A stretch of DNA of 63,968 nucleotides, counting the filler, from Rhabdomonas costata (taxonomy: Eukaryota): NCBI GenBank assembly GCA_019059605.1. It is 23 parts of 23 records of this genome, joined end to end, with 100 filler letters (N's around TTAATTAATTAA, not from the genome) between each part and the next. Parts side by side here need not be neighbours in the genome. Positions count along the whole stretch, not along the records: positions 61,289 to 63,968 come from JAHMHO010002367.1; 22 more parts are not named here. One strand, written 5' to 3'. Made by a program: the position numbers and the translations under genes. A model generated the notes under the pieces. It made no database searches. It was not told the origin of the DNA and saw only the letters and a list, made by a program, of their open reading frames with translations. Of the stretch, positions 61,364-63,968 are shown one piece after another (position 1 is the first letter of the stretch; every line of letters begins with the position of its first letter).

Positions 61364-63732
61364 GAAGGAGAACACCGTCCGGGAGGTGCGTTTCCTGGTG
61401 CACAACTCGCTGTTCTGGGGCGCGATCTGGGTCTCCACGTTCTTCGTGTTCTACCAGTGGATCGTGCCCGTGGTGATCAAGGTCCGGCCAGATACGCTGT
61501 GCCAATGCCCAGATGAGCAGGTGCTGCCCACCGCCCTCTCCTTCCCCCTCTCAGCAGTCTTGAGTTTGGGGATATTTAGTTCACTTCAGTGACACTTTAC
61601 CCGTCCCTTTGCCAGATTTGTGTTTGCTTTCTTTGTGGAATCCCCTCCCCTTCCCTCCCATCCCGTGCCTCAATTTGTAAAGCGTTCTTTGCCTGCTCGG
61701 TTGAACTGATAGGCATAACCAGCACTGTGTTACGTTTTTTCCCGAAATGAAACGATGTGAAACGTAGTGAAATGTCGGGTTTACCGTGTGTGTTTGTGTG
61801 GCCGTCTGTCTGTGCCATTTTGACTGGGGCTTTTTTTCTGTGTTAAGCAGTCGACGTTTCAAGACTTGATGTTTTGACCTACCCCCAGGTTAGGGGCCCT
61901 TGCCAATGCGTATGTGGGGTGTGGGGTTTTAGACAACGTTTCTGGGGTTCGCCACAGATCGCGCTGACGGAGCACCTGAAGAAGCGGTGCAAATTCGGCA
62001 GCCGGCTGTTGTGCGTGGCGGCCGTGGTGATGGTGTGGCTCAGCGTGGTGGTGATCAACTTCGTGTGGGTCTTCGCCTGCTTCCAGCTGATGCTTTTGGT
62101 GTACGGCATTGGCCGAGGCAAGCGCGACCGCGTGGGCAACGTGAAGAACTGGGATGACGTCCAGCGGTACTTCGGGATCATCAAGACGACGTGCTTCCCC
62201 GCGATCTCGGCCTGCCTACAGTCCAAGCACAACCAAGTGCGTGCCCCGGCAAGGCGTGGGGTGAGGTGGGCCCCATAGTCCAGGGTGAGGGGAGGGAGGA
62301 TACTCATTGGTCGTGCAGTCAAATTTGAAGCTCCCCTGTACTCCCACATTGGAAGAATTGCGCAGGGGGGTTAAATGAACGACTCCTGCTCTCATAGGTA
62401 TCGGGTGGTCCGTGTCCCGTCTCGAACGTATGCGGGTGTGAACACCTTGGCCTGCTTGAGCCACTGGAAGCGCTTTTTTACTGCGTATATATAGGCACTG
62501 TGGACTCTGGTGAGATCTGTTTTTCTCAGATGGTGGTGTGGAACTTTTGCCTGAAGTCGATGATGAACGAGTGGCTTCTGGATAACGAGGAGTACGAGCA
62601 GCTGAGGATCACGTGCCGCAAACTGGACCGCGCGGAGACTGTGCGGTGGGACCTGGACGAGGTTTCCATCCCCTCCTCGTTTCATCTCTCATAGCCGCAG
62701 CCAAACGTGGATGCGCAATGTCCTTCTCCTCGCTTTGGCATAAAACATAAGGGTTTACGATCTTCTTTCCACATTTCTCCCCGCTCCGTATACTTTCCTC
62801 GCCTTCACATTCAGTCATGGCATTCTGCATTTTTGACTTCTTAGGCGCTGAAAAGGGCATTGGCCTGGCGCTGGTTTCCTCATTCGGTCATCAAAAGAAG
62901 GGCAGTCATGTCTTGTTCGCGCGACATCCTCTCCTCGCTTTTTCTCGCTGGGTAAATCAGCGGAAGATTTGCTAATAATTCTGTGATTATTGGTTTCAGG
63001 TTGAGCAGGGCATGAAGTACAGCAACCCGCTTTTCCTGAGGCCCCCGCGCAACGAGGAGGCCGCGCGGCGGATCATCTACCTGCTTTGGTCCCTGCAGGC
63101 CATCGCCGCGCGCAGCCGCGTGGATGACCTCGACGACACCGGGGGCTACCGCAAGGCCAACCGGGTGTCTGCGCCTGCGCCTCCCTGTTTGCCTGCATCG
63201 CCCACTTGTGTTGGGAAGACCGCAAAAGAGTGCACGCAGCGGACAACATGCGCCTGGTTCCCAGGGGACACCCGCATCGCCACTGCACGGCGGCTCGACT
63301 GCGGGGGTGGAGGTTCCTTATGCCTGGGGGGTGATGGACTTTAGCAAAAAGAAATCTTCCAGACCGTTGCGCAGAGAAAAGGCCTTAAAAAGCACCAAAA
63401 CAAAGCTTTTAAGATGCAGCTGTGCCTGAAATTCAGCCGGGAAGCTGGGAGGCTTCTGTCTTCGGAGTAAGCACCATTATGTATGGTACTTTCAATGGGC
63501 CACCACAGCGGAGGAAATGAGGCGAGGCTCGATGGAACGTGCATTCTCACGCGACGCCACGTGATGGGTGACCCACGCACGGCAGGTGGTTTCGTTGCCC
63601 TCGCTGACGATTCTCACGCCCTGCGCTGCGGAGCCTGTGATCTACAGCGTGGACGACCTGATCTCGACCCACCACAAGGGCGACGCCCTCAGCACCCGAA
63701 ACCCCCGTATTGCAGGGATCGAGTACCTTCAG
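61364..63732 (+). CDS. Beta-1,3-glucan synthase, GT48 (FKS/callose-type; candidate paramylon synthase), partial
   Basis: Exons 61364-61481, 61958-62236, 62530-62661, 63000-63164 and 63586-63732. TM segments, then VWNFCLKSM..EWLL, PRNEEAARRIIYLLWSL, VVSLPSLTILTPCAAEPVIYS and IEYLQ, which parallel the GT48 motifs P.N.EA.RRI.FF..SL and MP.F.VLTP.Y.E...YS. Confidence 0.85.
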
Positions 63733-63968
63733 GTCCACACACACACATAAGCAAAACTGCTTTTTGCGAGACAAAAAACACACCTAAACAAGCAATTTGC
63801 AAAAAGCAACCTGCACAGAATTTGGGGTTGTTCACAGCAGTCAGCAAAGGAAAGGAAGAGGAGATAAGAGATGGTGATGGATAGAAACATTTTACTGACA
63901 GGGGCACGCACTACTGCGCCGAGGAAACTATATAATTGAACTCAAGGCGCAGTCCCCACCCCACCCCC

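Overview
This window is not one locus. It is 23 unlinked contigs of about 2.68 kb each, joined by artificial 100-bp spacers (N44-TTAATTAATTAA-N44), so adjacency across spacers means nothing. The DNA is from an intron-dense eukaryote with short GC-rich exons and GT-AG introns. It is most likely a euglenid (inference from a GT48 glucan/paramylon synthase, many class III cyclase-like genes, a type I PKS and apparent trans-splice acceptors). Contig ends look like G/T-primer whole-genome amplification products. Hand-splicing recovers partial genes for dynein intermediate chain, ILV3, five cyclase or cyclase-like genes, plant-type L-cysteine desulfhydrase, plant-type arogenate dehydrogenase, an intronless PKS ER-KR-ACP module, a type I PRMT, PNO1 and a GT48 synthase. 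It also recovers TPR, F-box, PH and TRAF-zinc-finger proteins, plus decayed CRE-like and Gypsy-like retroelement relics. The best candidate for something undescribed is a non-coding repeat family on two unlinked contigs. It is built from GC-GTA-GC-capped hairpins with co-varying stems next to GTAGT and includes an apparent filled/empty insertion pair. All family assignments come from motif recognition by eye; no searches were run. No rRNA, tRNA or CRISPR array was seen.
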